Assembly: GCF_009914755.1 (NCBI RefSeq)
Contig: NC_060931.1
Strand: one strand, 5' to 3'
From: the human T2T-CHM13v2.0 reference genome, Homo sapiens
Length of the DNA stretch: 64,000 bases
The notes below the pieces were generated by a model. That model had not been told where the DNA came from. It did no database searches and worked only from the letters and a program-made list of their open reading frames with translations. A program made the translations under genes and the position numbers. The stretch's first letter is position 1. Every line of letters begins with the position of its first letter. Positions 12,206-25,618 of the stretch are shown here, piece by piece.

Positions 12206-13006
12206 AAAACCCTCATGCATCATTCTTTTTTACCAGAACTTCAACTCCTATAATTTCTAAATTGTTACAAATATAACAGCAGATTAATGAAAAGAAGTGA
12301 ACACTCCTTGAAATAGGGGTAAAGCTGGTCAGGCTTTTTTTGTGGGGGAGGGGTGTTGGCAAGTCTGGTAAATAACACAGGAGGAAGGGGTCCTCTGACA
12401 AGAACGGTGAAGGGTTGTTTGAAGGACTACAGTTGAAGCATAAGCCCAGTTCTCATGACAAGTTGGATAAAATGTGCAAAATTGGGAGCTAATGAGAGCC
12501 ATATGACCAGATATGTTGTTTTGTATGCAGGATTTAACATGCATAAAATAAACTTTTCACTGTGCCCACAAGCAAAATATAGAGGCTCTGGCCTCCTGAT
12601 GTGTGGCTTAAGCAGGTTCCATTAGGACACCAGAAGTTTTCTGTGTAAAAGGGTCTCTCTTGGCTAGATACAGAGAAAGTGTGGGTGCTGAGCTGCATGG
12701 GGGTGGGGGGAAGGAGTATTCTAAGAACTGCATATGCAGAAATGAAGTAGGAAAAAAATCATTAGGTTGTAGAGGAAGAGAGTGAATCTGAGTGGCGAAG
12801 ACAGAAATAGGATTAATGATGGTGAACTCCAAACCTGCCCCTCAGCTTAGCACTGGGTGAACTCAAACCCTTTATAAGAAAGAAACTTCTCCACCCTTTT
12901 TGCTGAGAATTAGTGGAGTCAATGACCTTCAGGGCATCTAAACTCACCCCTGACCCACACATGAACCCTAGTGTCCTGAAAACATCCCCTCCGCCTCCAC
13001 ACAAAG

Positions 13007-13008
<2 letters not shown>

Positions 13009-13042
<34 letters not shown>
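13009..13042 (+). repeat. (GT)17 microsatellite
   Basis: Direct reading; a G-run follows at 13052-13068. Confidence 0.95.
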
Positions 13043-13044
<2 letters not shown>

Positions 13045-13084
13045 GTGACGTGGGGTGGGGGTGGGGGGCACAAAACAAACCCAG

Positions 13085-13200
13085 ATCAGATCCCAGTTCC
13101 TCTGCTCACTCACCGTGTAAACTCAGGCCTCAGTGTTCCCATCTATAAAATGGGATCCATGATATGAACCTGTGGGGGTCAAGTGCAGCTGTCAGATAAT
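13085..13200 (+). mobile_element. MIR fragment
   Basis: Core-like GCCTCAGTGTTCCCATCTATAAAATGGGAT. Confidence 0.65.
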
Positions 13201-13499
13201 AATAAGTGATACTATTTCTGAGAAGCCTGGTGGCTGTTCTTAAACATGGGTGTCACAGGAATCTGCAGCTCTCTGACCAGAGGAGCCACAACACAAGTGT
13301 GACTCTGAAACTCCGCTGGCCATCTGATGCCACCGAGTGCCCACCTGCCAGGCCAGCCTACCAGCCGTGCTGCAACCCCTCTGCAACCACCTGCACCACA
13401 GTGGCAATGCCTCCTCCCTCGGTGCAAATCAAGGTGGGGGTGGTGGAGGAAGCAGGCAGGTTAAAATAGCTTCTGTGGAATATTCTAGACTGGGAATCA

Positions 13500-14250
13500 G
13501 CTTTTCCCTGCGGAACTCAAGGGCCCGGGGCACAAGCTGGTCAGCCCAGTCCTGACCAGAATCTCCTTCTCCTTCCTTGGTTTGGTTTCTCTTTCACTTC
13601 CCCCTCCCCCGGAGCTTCCCCGCACCCCAGGCCCTTCGGGTCCCGGCTTCTCGGCCCTGCTACTGTACCTTGAGCAGCACCTGCTGGCAGCTTCCAGGGA
13701 TCACGCCGGAACGCGGCCGCTGCTCGAGCCCAGCTCGCAGGATGCCTGGAGCCAGGGCCAAGCCGGTCTAAGCGGCAGCCTCTATTTTTACCCTGAGCAC
13801 CAGCAAGGGCAACTTCTTTTAAGAGCAGCTCTTGATTTTTTCCCCCCTTTTGGCAGCTAAAGAATTCAGGGAGGGGAAAAAAATCACTGTTCAGTGAGTG
13901 CAGCTGGGAATCTCTGAACCCAGCCCTCAGTGCCAGGGAGTGAAACCACAGCAAATGTCAGGGAGCGGGACCTGCGGAGGGGCCGGCTGGCTCCCCGCGG
14001 ACAGAGGCGAGCCGGGAGCGCTCGCGCACCAGCCAACTGCCCCCTTCTGAGTGCGGAGCGCGGTCCTCCAGCGACTGCACTAGCAAAGTGGCCCGCTGCC
14101 ACCGCGTTATTCACCTAGTGGAGGCGGCCTGATTTACTGGCGACTTCACAAACCCAACTCCACGCTGGAGCATTTGCATGGCTCTGTTCTCGCCTCGAGG
14201 AGCAGCCACTAGCGAACCCGGTGGAGCAGCTTGCTGCGAGAAGGAGCCGG
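13500..14250. promoter_or_regulatory. CpG-rich island-like block, possible upstream alternative promoter
   Basis: Visibly high GC and CpG density relative to flanks (GCGCTCGCGC, GGAGCGCGG); candidate minus-strand donor TAG|GTGAAT at 14115/14114. Confidence 0.65.
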
Positions 14251-15681
14251 GAGGGAAACTGTGGTACCTTATTTTACTGTAATTGCAAAAGGAACGATGT
14301 GCCAGAGATTTATATTTAGAAGTTGTATGTTTCTACTTTTATGTAAATGGAGCAATTAGGGCCTGTCTTGCTGCTGCTAACTCCAATGCGTGTGCATTGC
14401 TGGGGAGCTGGTGTTTTCAATCACAATTAGTGAGCTGGTCAAAAAACAAAGTTCGTTTAAGGATAAGAGCTCAATTGTGCGAATGGGGGAGAGGCCAGCG
14501 TTCGTGTGCTGGCCCGTGGCTTACGGTGACACCTAGCTTAGGGCCACGGCCAACCCTATAGTGGTGTTTACCTGTGGCAGCAGCTGTCCCTGTTCAAAGT
14601 TGGCATAGATGAGGAAGCAAGAATGTTCACTTTTCTTCTCAAACCGTCTGTCCTTCAGCTTTCATCCACGCTATTAACTGGTCTCTTTCCTCACTACTCC
14701 TGGAGCAAGGAGACAGGACCAGAAAAGGGAGTGGGGGTTGGGGCATTTTTCAGGGCTCTATTATTTTAGCTGCTGCTCACGGATTGCTGTTATTCAGTCA
14801 AAAATACAAGCCAGGAGACGCGAACGCCCCAAGCAGGTGACTGGGATGTTGTTCTCTGATTCAGCTGAAATGACACAAGGCTGGGGGTTCAGAGGCACGG
14901 ACAAGAGTGCTGACGAGTCACGGTGTTTTCTTTCCTTCCTATGAAAAAATCTGTTTCCAAAAAAGCATGATTTCTGGTTCATCCCGTCTGGGAAACCGAA
15001 CATAAAACGTGACTATGGAGAGAAATCAAAAGGACTCGAGGTGTTCCCAGCAGCTGATGTGTTATTCTGGGGCTCAGGCCGGAAAACCTGGCCTTGTTGG
15101 TGAGGGGTGACTCCCTCCAGAGGCAGCTCAGAATCCAGAGAACGTGGGCAGGATCCAGAGTACTATTTGCTGCAGGGAGACTGCGAGAGTCTGTGATGAA
15201 GGGTCTCATCAAATGGTTTAAATCGAACATGGGATTGGCAAACCCTGCCTGTTTCCTGGACAGCCGCAGCCTGTACATAGCTTGGGCTGAATGTTAGGTA
15301 GAAAGATTTGGGACAAAGGAGAATCAGCGTTTCACGTTCAAAACTGAACTGGGAAGCTGTTTTGCTTTTAAGTTAAATCAATGAATGAATAGATCGAAAC
15401 AGAGAGAGAGAGGAAAGCATTAAAAAGTCCCCTGAAATTCATTGAGAACAACAGGGTCAGAAATGGTTAATCTGAAACTTGACTCGTAAGCTTCACATTT
15501 CTTTCAGAACCACCAGAATATCCCACAAGGCCTTCTGCTATGTAAGAGCACTCTGTTTTTAGATTATTTGGAAATGCTGCTTTCTGAACCAAGGGAACCC
15601 AGATACTAGAACTAAAACAATTAGGGAAAAGAGAAGGAGGAAGAAAACCCAGTAAGTAACCTATTACTCTTCATTCTACAG

Positions 15682-15896
15682 CAGTGGTTCTCAACCGGGG
15701 CGATTTTGCTCCCCGGGGAACATCTGGCCATGTTTGAAGACATTTTGGTTGTTACAGCTGGGAGGGAGGTTCTACTGATCATTAATGGGTAGGGCCCAGG
15801 GATGCTGCTGAATATCCTACCATGCACAGGACAGCCCCCAACAACAAGAAATTACCTGGCCTACAGTGTTCATTGTTCTGCAGTTGAGATACCCTG
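15682..15896 (+). mobile_element. MER20 (hAT-Charlie DNA transposon), full length
   Basis: Starts CAGTGGTTCTCAACCGGGG, ends GTTGAGATACCCTG (terminal inverted repeats); internal GGGATGCTGCTGAATATCCTACCATGCACAGGACAGCCCCC matches MER20. Confidence 0.9.
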
Positions 15897-18163
15897 ATTT
15901 CATATTATAATTGTAAAGTTTCACTCAACCTTCTCCCTATCCATCTCCAAGAGGCCTTGGAAACCAAAAAAAAAAAAAATTGCAGCTCTACAAAATACTA
16001 ATAATTCAAGTGATTCTGCTTCCTTTTGCATCTTATGTTTTCTGATTACTGGAGACTACAGATACAATGTTCCTCTTGGGCAACCTCGTTGTTCCAACCA
16101 ACTTTCACGTATGGTCTCAATACATTTTCCTGCTGGCTTTTTGTTCTGACCTAAAGCAGAATCTTGGTGACCAGCAACAAAATGAGATAGGCTGGCCCAC
16201 ACCCAAGTTGTTAGGAGACAAGAGACTCATGCAAAAGAGTAAATGAATAAAGGATTGAGTTGTTCATTTTAGCAATTCAGTATCAGATAAATCCATGCAA
16301 TAGAGAATTCCCTGAAGTAAAATTCACAAACGTAGGATAACCATGCCTTTCTCCTAGAGCAAACAAATATGATGTAGCTTGATTTTATTTGTTTAATACC
16401 TTAGGGGAATGACATACAATCAATATCCAAAGAGATAAAACAGTGTTTTGCTAAATCCTAATGGCTGTTGCAAGCAACATTATATTCTCCAAACTTCCTT
16501 TGTAAAAGGAAGTGGTGTGTCTATTAAAGGAAGGCCATGCCCTTCCAGGTGTTGCTCTCCTGTGAGGACTGGGGAAACTATTGTGAAGGATTCCATCTCA
16601 TGGAAAATCGTAAGAGTAATCAACAAGTATTGGTGAAATGCACAAGAGGGAAGTTGCCTGGATAAAACTAGCTTAGAACTGAAATCCTGTTGTCCATACA
16701 GTGAGTGCTTACTTCCCTGGTTCATCACTTAGCTCCTGAGTAAAATGGGTCATCCAGAAAGGAAAGGGTAGGTCAGAGATCATTTTAAGATGAAGGGAGC
16801 CATGAGGGGAATGTCTTAGACACTCTGACGCCGTATCATCTCTTCCAACGTGTGAATCACTGTCTCCTCAGGTAAATGGTCATTTTGGAACCAAAGGCCT
16901 CAATCAACTTTCAAATGATTCAGAAATGCCTGGACTTCTTCCCAAGAAGTAACCATGTAGTACATGTAAAAAAAATTCAATATTGAAAGAAATACTCATT
17001 TACAACCACTATATAAAAACATATATTGAAAAAAACCCAGACTAACTCAACCTGAAGAAATATGCCCTCAACATTCTTCCTGACCAATATATATTTCAAA
17101 ATTGTTTATCATGACTCAGTTCTAACCCAATCAGGAAACATCTGCTTCAACAATTTATCTTCCTATTGCCTCAGAAGATTATTGAAAAATACCCCCCAAG
17201 GAATGCGGAACAGATTGTTGTAATCATTTTTCTCACCTGGATCCCCTTGGGTAATAAGTTCCATTGGTGACTTGAAGACATGGTGGTTTAGCACGTAGAT
17301 TCCATTGGACTGATAAGAGAGCAGCAATCTTGATTTGCATCCACTTTTGCCTGTCCACAAAGATCCCCCCACAACCTGTTCCCAAATCGCTGCTTGGAGG
17401 GAAAAAGCCCGACAGAAAAGCCTGGGGGCAGTTCTGTGTGTATTTTTTTTAAATCAGTGAATTGCTGCCTCCCTCGTGTCCTAATAGAGTCCAAAGGTTC
17501 TGCCCTCTGTGGGAGCAGCTCCAAGGCATGGGCTGAGTGCTGCTGTTCACGAGTCCTGTGGACTCGCGTGGACACTGGCAGCAGCTCAGCTAGGTGAGTA
17601 AATATTTCCAGGTGGCCCACTCTAATTTTAGGAAGGTCAAGTTTGCAAAGGTGAAATAGCAAGTAGGACTTCTGTCACTTTAGATTGGAAAAGCAAACTG
17701 TAATTAAGCACAATATTCTTACAAAGTTTAAAATGGAATCACTGAATTCTACAACCAGCTTTAAACTTTCAAAAAATAACTTATGGCTACAATCCCTCTT
17801 CTACTCATTGAGTTCCTCTTAAAAGATGGAAGAGTATAATGAATGAGGGAGGAGCCTCTATAGTAGAAGGAAAAAAACACTCCAGAAAACCTCTCTCCAA
17901 AAGGCCAGGGGTTCATTTGTGATCCCTTAATGAAACAGGGGCAGAAAGCCAACAAGGTAATTTTGGCCAACTCCAACATCACTTAACTATGAGCTGAGAA
18001 TAATTAAAATGGTGCTCCCTGTAGAAAAGAGTTCACCCAATAAGTTTCCCAAATTTCAAGGAGCTTTTGTTTTATTAGATGCTGTTATCTTCATGTTAGT
18101 CACAGGAAAAAAAAATGCCCACATACACACGCACAACTAAATGTAGTCAGTTTGCTCAGCTGC

Positions 18164-18258
18164 TGCTGACGTCACTGCTGCCCACTAGGAGTGAGTTACT
18201 GTCATAACCCCTCTTTTATTAATCATAGGCTGGAGGAAGCACAAAGTGAGTGACATCA
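18164..18258. promoter_or_regulatory. Candidate distal CRE enhancer
   Basis: Perfect CRE TGACGTCA 18167-18174 (preceded by TGC) and variant TGACATCA 18251-18258. Confidence 0.55.
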
Positions 18259-18694
18259 TTAGGCAAAGGACCGGCTAACTCATGCTCCAATTTACTCAGC
18301 TTTATTATAACATTTCTCGAGTGTCATATGAAAGTGATTACCATTTCACACTTTCCCCATCTGAGCAATCATCCCTAACCTTCAATTCAAATTCCCAGAG
18401 AAAAGCTTAGCTTTTCAGATGGAGGTGCATAAAGGCCAAATCTCACTAAGGGTCCTTGTCCCAAGAAGGAATGTCCTCCTCAGAAAGCCTTCTTCCTGGG
18501 CTTGAAACAGAGGCAGTTTCTAGAACCACTGGATACTAAATAATTCTCCATTGTCTCTGGCCCTGGCGGTGGCCTCTGACTGGAGAAGATCCTGACAGTC
18601 CAAATGGGTGCAGCCAAGTATGGCCTCCCAGTGACCAAGGGCACAGCCACCTCAGTGCTCTGAAGTATGCAAAACACCATTTGAAGATGAGGCA

Positions 18695-18920
18695 AAAGGT
18701 AGTGGTTGAATGTGTGGGTCCTGCAGTCAGACTGACTGGGTTCAAATTTAGGATTCACCACTTTCAAACTCCTGGGCAAATGACTTGGTTCCACAATTAG
18801 TATAATAAATATGGATAATAATATTCATAGATAGGATTGTTGTCAGGGATAGCTGAGTTAGTCGTGTGAGCCACATAGAATGTGCTGGTACACAGTCAAT
18901 GTTGCTTACTGGTATTATTT
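18695..18920 (+). mobile_element. MIR
   Basis: GTAGTGGTT...AGTCAGACTGACTGGGTTCAAAT...CTGGGCAAATGACTT pattern. Confidence 0.65.
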
Positions 18921-19276
18921 CTCTTCCTTTTTTAAAAAAGCTTTATTGGCTGACCTGAATTCCCTGCATCCTATTTTGTAGAGCCTTGGAAAGATGGGCA
19001 AATGCTCTGTGACAAGCCACCAGGGTAGACTGGTACTGAAAAGACCCTACTACACACAGGGGCTCTGTCCCTGGCTGGAAAGTTACAAGTCAGCCTACCT
19101 CTCTGTGATCTGGTTTCCACACCTACTACTCTTTATCCCATGAGGAGCTTCTGGAAACTAAAATAGGTACGTAATCAAAACCAAAAGAAGACATTGGTTC
19201 AAGGATCCTCAAGAGCTCAGCATCATGTTTCTGTTGTTTCTTTTTGAATAGACAAAATTCTCAGTGTTCAGTAGCT

Positions 19277-19310
<34 letters not shown>

Positions 19311-19324
19311 ACACCCCACACACA
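19277..19324 (+). repeat. (AC)n microsatellite, interrupted
   Basis: Direct reading. Confidence 0.9.
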
Positions 19325-20499
19325 AAAGTAGCATCTCCACAATGTTGCATGCATCAGGAAAGCAAATGTTTTTACCACAGGCTGGGCTATGCCTCATCCT
19401 CTTAAACTAGCATCTTGAGGTCTTTGCAGAAGCCATTTTATAGATGCCTACACTCATCCCATTACTTGCATTCTCATCCTGAGGGTATTTTAAGGAGTCA
19501 AAATAAAGTTTACTTAGGCGTGTGTGAGAGACAGAATGATAGACCAAAAGAGAAGGCTAGGGCTTCGTAATATTTAGATAATGATGAAACTGAAATGGCT
19601 GATGCAGAGTGCAGTAATTATATAGGATACTTTATTATTTGGGTTCACCTTTGCTCAGTAGTGAATTATAAGCACTCTACTAGGTGAGAGGTTTGGCTTC
19701 CAAAATGAACAGCTGGCGCAGGATGGAACTGTCAGACCATGTCACATGATAAATAAAATAATACATAGAAACTTTAGGATCTCCTAATTGGAAGCTTCCT
19801 TTAGACAACAAAAGATGCCAGGCTATCTGCTGCCCCCTAACTGGTACCATGAAGAACAGCACATAACTTTTTAAGAAACAAAGTCTGATTCAGGTACAAT
19901 TAGTTAGTGGCTGAGTCAACCTCCTAAGTTATAGTTGTGAATTTGGCCATTTCCATGAACCTGTTTGTTGCGATTAAGGCAAAGTCATCGGGTAGAGTCT
20001 GTTTTGTTTCTGTCTTTTCCTGATGGAGAGGCACTCCTGATTTGCAGCAGCTGCCCAGGTAGAAGAGTGTTGACCAAAGGACACATCACCAGCACAGACT
20101 GTTAATCATGTGACTAGAGAAAACTCTCATGGTGGCATTCAAATTTCCATATCCTTCTTCTATGGAAATTTCTGAGAGACCCAGAAAAGAAGCGTAACGA
20201 CGAGGGAAAGTGATTCCTGCAGACCTGAACATTCCAGACTTACCAGGTGATCCAGCTGTCTGTCAGCGGGAAGAGGCTGAGGCGCCCCCTTCTGGTGCAT
20301 CTGAATAGTAAGAAACCCTGTGTAGAAAGAAACCCTGTAGCAATTGGGCACCTTCTCCGTGATCTGTCTGCTTCCAATACCAAAAATTGTTGCTTTTTAA
20401 ATGACATCCATCCTAAGCTTAAAAAAGACGCATATTATTTGTATAAAATGTTGAAGACGCAGAACAAAAAATGTAAATCACATGTAATCATCCCTTCCA

Positions 20500-21990
20500 G
20501 AAATAATCGTTATTAAAATTTCTGTGTATGTGTAAAAAAAAAAATTGCAATCCTACTGTAATATAATCCTGTATACTGATATTTTTCACCTATCACTGTA
20601 TGTTGAGCATTTTCAATAGTCAAATTATTTCTTGAAAATATTAATGACTGGGGAGTAACCTTTCAAATAGGTGTGTCTTTATTTTTAAACCAGTCCACAA
20701 TTATTGTATATTGAAGTCATTTCCCAAATTTTGTAAGTATAAGTATTGCATCCATCCTTATATGTATTTAAATGCATCTCTTATTATTTCCTTGAGATAA
20801 GTTCCTAGAAGTGGAATCACTGGATTTAAAAATGTGGACATATTTATGCCAGACGCGGTGGGTCATGCCTGTAATCCCAGCACTTTGGGAGACTGAAGCA
20901 GGTGGATCACTTGAGGTCAGGAGTTCAAGACCAGCCTGGCCAACATAGTGAAACCCCATCTCTACTAAAATTACAAAAATTAGCCGGGTGTGGTAGTGCA
21001 CGCCTGTAATCCCAGCTACTCAGGAGGCTGAGGCATAAGAATCACTTGAACTCAGGAGGCGGAGGTTGCAGTGAGCCAAGATGGCACCACTGCGCTCCAG
21101 TCTGGGCGACAGAGTAAGACTTCATCTCAAAAATAAATAAATAAAATTAAAATTAAATAAGATAAATAAAAAATAAAAATGTGGACATATTTAAATCTTC
21201 ATATATATTACCAAATGCCCTCCTGAAAGTTTTTACCTGTTACATTCCAACCAATAGTGTAAGGGCATGACTCTTTCCCTGTGTTTTGGGATGGATGTTA
21301 TCAAAGTTCTCTCCCACCCAGGCCAAGTATGGTATATGCTTTGATTTAATTTGAATTTTTAAATTATTATTTAAAATGGACATTTTGTTGTCCATTTGAA
21401 CAACTTTCTTTTGAGTCACTGTTCATGTTCTTTGCCCATTGTTTCTCTTTTATTAGTAAGAACCCTATTGTCATTTTTATATTTTAAATAAAATTTCATT
21501 GTATATACATTTATATTATCTATAGTAAAGTATATTTTATTATTAATGAGAACTTTTTATATTAAAGATCCTAACCTACTGTCTGCTACATATTATTGTA
21601 ATTTGTTTCCCTGTTAGTTCCTGGCCCTTTAATTTTGTTTATATTAATAGTGTTTCAGGCCAAAAGAGAGTTTACACTTTTATATGAACTAATCTAGGAA
21701 TTACTATCTTTTTGCTGAGGCTTCTCCATCAGGAAATCAAATTGATACTCATGTATATTTTTCACTAAATATTTTTTGGCACTTTATTCTTTAATCCAAC
21801 GTATCTGGAATATATTTTGGCATACAGAACAAGGAAGAGCTTGACTTTTTAGAAATTTTTCCAAAGATTGAATGAATGAGCACCATTTATGAACTTTTCA
21901 CTTTGGAATGCCATTTTCATCACCTATTGAATGTGTATAAATATGAGCACTAATTTCATTCAATTGATCTGTAGTGTGTTGCTAAGCTTG
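20500..21990 (-). mobile_element. Ancient L1M-type LINE fragment interrupted by an Alu
   Basis: T-rich on +, with L1 3'-region-like motifs (CCTAGAAGTGGAATCACTGGAT, GTTCATGTTCTTTGCCCATT). Boundaries approximate. Confidence 0.6.
20847..21174 (+). mobile_element. AluS, full length
   Basis: Dimeric Alu with A-rich tail; TSD AAAAATGTGGACATATTTA at 20828-20846 and 21175-21193. Confidence 0.96.
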
Positions 21991-22229
21991 TGATCCCGTT
22001 CCATTGATATCTTTTTCCAGTTTTAATGTTTTTCTTTTAACTCTGGTTCTGTCCTATCCCAGGTCTTTTCACGTATGTGACTCAAATCCACAACTCAACA
22101 GTTATCTTGATTAAAATATCATTTCCTAATGCCAGGGCTTTATAACAACTGTAGATAATTCTAGGTTTTTCTCTACCTGCAGTTACTCAAAGTTTGTCAT
22201 TTAATGGTAGCATATTATTGAACAGTGTG

Positions 22230-22530
22230 TTTGTTTGTTTGTTTGTTAAGACTGTGTCTCGCTCTGTCGCCCAGGCTGGAGTGAAGTGGCGTGATCTCGG
22301 CTCATTGCAACCTCCATCTCCTGGGTTCAAGTGATTCTCGTGCCTCAGCCTCCTGAGTAGCTGGGACTATAGGCAAGCGCCACCATGCCTGGCTAACTTT
22401 TTGTATTTTTAGCAGAGACGGGGTTTCACCATGTTGCCCGGGCTGGTCTTGAACTCCTGAGCTCAGGCAATCCGCCTGCCTCGGCCTCCCAAAGTGCTAG
22501 GATTACAGGCGTGAACCACCATGCCTGGCC
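22230..22530 (-). mobile_element. Alu (S/J), full length
   Basis: Reverse Alu ending ...ATGCCTGGCC at 22530; tail decayed to (TTTG)n. Confidence 0.95.
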
Positions 22531-22611
22531 TTAAACAATGTTTTTGATTGAAAAAGCTTCTTCCTAATTCTAAAAATAATAGGTATTCATTTTTCAAATA
22601 CAAGCACCATC

Positions 22612-22716
22612 GAGGAAAAAAGAAAGGAAGGAAGAAAGAGAAAGAGGAGGGAGGTGAAGAGGAAACAAAGAAAGGGAGAGAAGGAGGGCAGAAAAAGAGG
22701 GAGGGAGGGATAGAGG
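22612..22716 (+). repeat. GA-rich low-complexity tract
   Basis: Direct reading. Confidence 0.85.
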
Positions 22717-24879
22717 GCTCCTACAGTTTAATCATTCAAAGAAAACCAGAAACAAAATTATAGTTTATGTCTTTCCAGAAATGGAAAGATCTTTCTTCAT
22801 TTCAGGAACATTTTCTTCTATTGCATTTTTGACAAGTGTTTTTGTTTGTTTCTAAAATTTTCTTGAATGTGTAAATTGTTGATTTAAAGATTCTTTATTT
22901 TTTGAGTGTGCTCTTTAGCTTTCTTTGCGCTTTGTTTCGTTTCTTCTTGTTAGTTGAGGAATTTATGCATAAGCCCTATGTTGCTGTTTATTCTTTTCTG
23001 TTAACTCATTTTTGAATGGGATAAGACAGCAGGTCTACTGTTTGTCCTAAAATAGCATAGGTGTGTTCTCATCTATCCTCCTTTCTACTTCTCTCAACAT
23101 CATCTACGTCTTGTCTAAGGGTTGGGTGGCCTCTGAGGCCTAGGACAAGAGCTGAGGTCATGGGTCGGAGCCTTCCAGTGACCCTGCAGCTAGGGCTTGT
23201 CTTGCCAACTTAGGAGCGTGTCCCTTCTGTTGGAGGAATACCCTTCAGGTTTCAGCTTTTTCCCTAGTTTTAGAATGGACTGGGTTAGAAAGATATTGGA
23301 GTTTGCAGCCTTTTTCTTTTGTACTGCTGCATGTGTTAAATTCTTCATCGTGTCTCAAGCTGACTGCTCTCGCTCCTCATTTCCTTTTCTTACCTGTGAC
23401 AAAGCCTCTGTTCCTCCATCCTTGGTTGTAAGCTTATGCCACCGTTAACAAAACTTAGGGAGAGAAAACTAAAATCACCCATGCACTCCAGGCTCGGCAG
23501 ATGCTCACACCTGACTCATTCTCTTGTTTTCGGGTCCTTCACCCAACGGCTACCACAGCTGTCTGTTGGCTGGCTGCTCCCCGGTCCCCACTTGGACCCT
23601 GCTTCTCTGCAGTCCCTTGCATACAGACTCTCTCTGTAAGACACATTCTCCTCCCAGGCCATCCTCTTGGGCAGGACCTAAAACAGCGCCAGGCCTGCCT
23701 TCCCTCCCATGTAGACCCTATTAGCTCCACGGGAAACTCATGCATTTCTAGCCCACGCTTGATGGGAATGTGGTTTCTTCATAAACATAGTCCCCTCCTC
23801 CTTTTATCCTTTACCTTGCCTTAGACCAATTTACATTTATTCAGGCATGAGTCAAGCATCAGTATGCAGGGGTCCCTCAGCTGCAGAAGGTGCTGTTGAA
23901 GCCTATGTTAGTTATCTTCCCTGGAGTTGAAGAAGATTAATTAACCCTGTCCTGTTGGGAGAGCTGGGACTGACACACACCTGGCAGGTGCTTCTTCTGA
24001 AGGTGTCTCCCAAAATTCATCCCCCTCCCCGCCTTGCTCTCCACTCTCTTAAACTTTTATATTCTCAACATCTCTCCAGAGTCTTAAAACTAATGGAACC
24101 TGTTCTCAGATATCTACTTTAAAGATTCCTTTGCAGTGGTCTCTATCCCCTTCACTCTGGTATATGATAGCTATCTGGTATCCTGGCCCCTGGGTTAGAA
24201 TTTCAATTCTAAAACATTATACTAGTTTTAAAACACTAAATGTTTGTTTTGTATTATTGCTTGAGTGAGAAATAAGCCTTTATTGATTTTGAGGCATCAT
24301 CATTTTGGGAACTATTTCTTCTAGCAACTATTACCTTCAAGACAGAGAAGAGCAGAAGATGAGAAATTTAAAGGCAGAGGCTTGGGAACCTTCATATTTA
24401 CGAGGTGAGTGGAGGAAGAGGAGCCTGTGAGGAGCTTTGAGAAGGAGTCAGATGTGTAGGAGAAAAACAAGTAGGGAACATTGTCAAGGAAGCCAAGAAA
24501 AGTGAGAGTTTGAAAAGGTCATATGACACGATGTGGTCAAGTAAGACACTGACAGAAAGGCCCAATAGATCTGGCAATATTCTAATCAGTGCCAGTGCTA
24601 GCCTGAGCAGATCAGCTTTGTTACTTGGGGATAGATTTTAGTGGGAAGAGAAGGGGATGAGAAGACTAAGGAGATGTATTCTGTCAAACGTGAAGAAGAA
24701 ATTGAGTAATGACTAGAGAAGGAGACATTGAGGATTGAGAGAAAGCCCTTTTAAATTTTAAGATAGAGATTTAAGCTCTTCGGAGAGAAGTGAACTGCTA
24801 AAGGTAAATAATTTTACAATATGAGAGAAGACAGATAAGCAAGTTTCCTGCTGAAGTGAGAAATGATGGATTGATTCCA

Positions 24880-25618
24880 AAATAGACCCACATTCACACC
24901 ACTCCTTACCACCTCCACCACCGTCCCTCAGGCCAAACTGCCATCCCTATTGACCTAAATATACCACCACACCTGAATAATTGCAACAGCCTCCTAGCAA
25001 ATCTCCCTACTCCCATCCTTGCCCCCATAGACTATCTGGAATCCAACACTCAAAATGACCCTTTCAAAAATGCAAGGCAGATGAGGTCTCTCCTTTGCTC
25101 CTACCCTCCCGTGGCTTCTCCACTCGCTCACTATTGTGGCCAGAGAGAAGCTACGTGACCTGGCCACATCCCCGAACGTGCCTTCTTCTCTGTTTCTCCT
25201 TGGTCTCTGTCTTCTTCCCATGTGATCCCCCTTGCTATCCTTCCAACAGAATGAGCTCGTGCATTTCCCAAGCCTTTGTGCTTGACGTCGCCTCTGCCAG
25301 GAATTTCATCATTTTCCATCAGACACCCTCGCAGCTCACTCCCTGAATTTCTTGTTATTTGTTTCCAGATCGCTGAAGCCTTTTTGGACCACTCAATATA
25401 AAATAGCAACGGACTCCATCCTGGTACACCCTAACACCCAGGCTGTTTCATTTTTCTCTGTTATATTTATCACCATCTGAGGTATTTTTTTATTGCCTAT
25501 GTGACAACACTAGAATGAGGGTAGAGACATTGTTTTGTTAACAGCTAAATCTTGGCACCTGAAACTGTGTTTGACATGTAGTAGTTGCTCAATAAATATT
25601 TGTTGGCTGATGAATTAA
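24880..25618 (+). mobile_element. L2 3' portion
   Basis: Ends in the L2 tail TAGTTGCTCAATAAATATTTGTTGGCTGATGAATT. Confidence 0.75.

Noticed and set aside
13541-14118. Cluster of ORFs in the CpG block
   Set aside because: Expected from stop-codon scarcity in GC-rich DNA.
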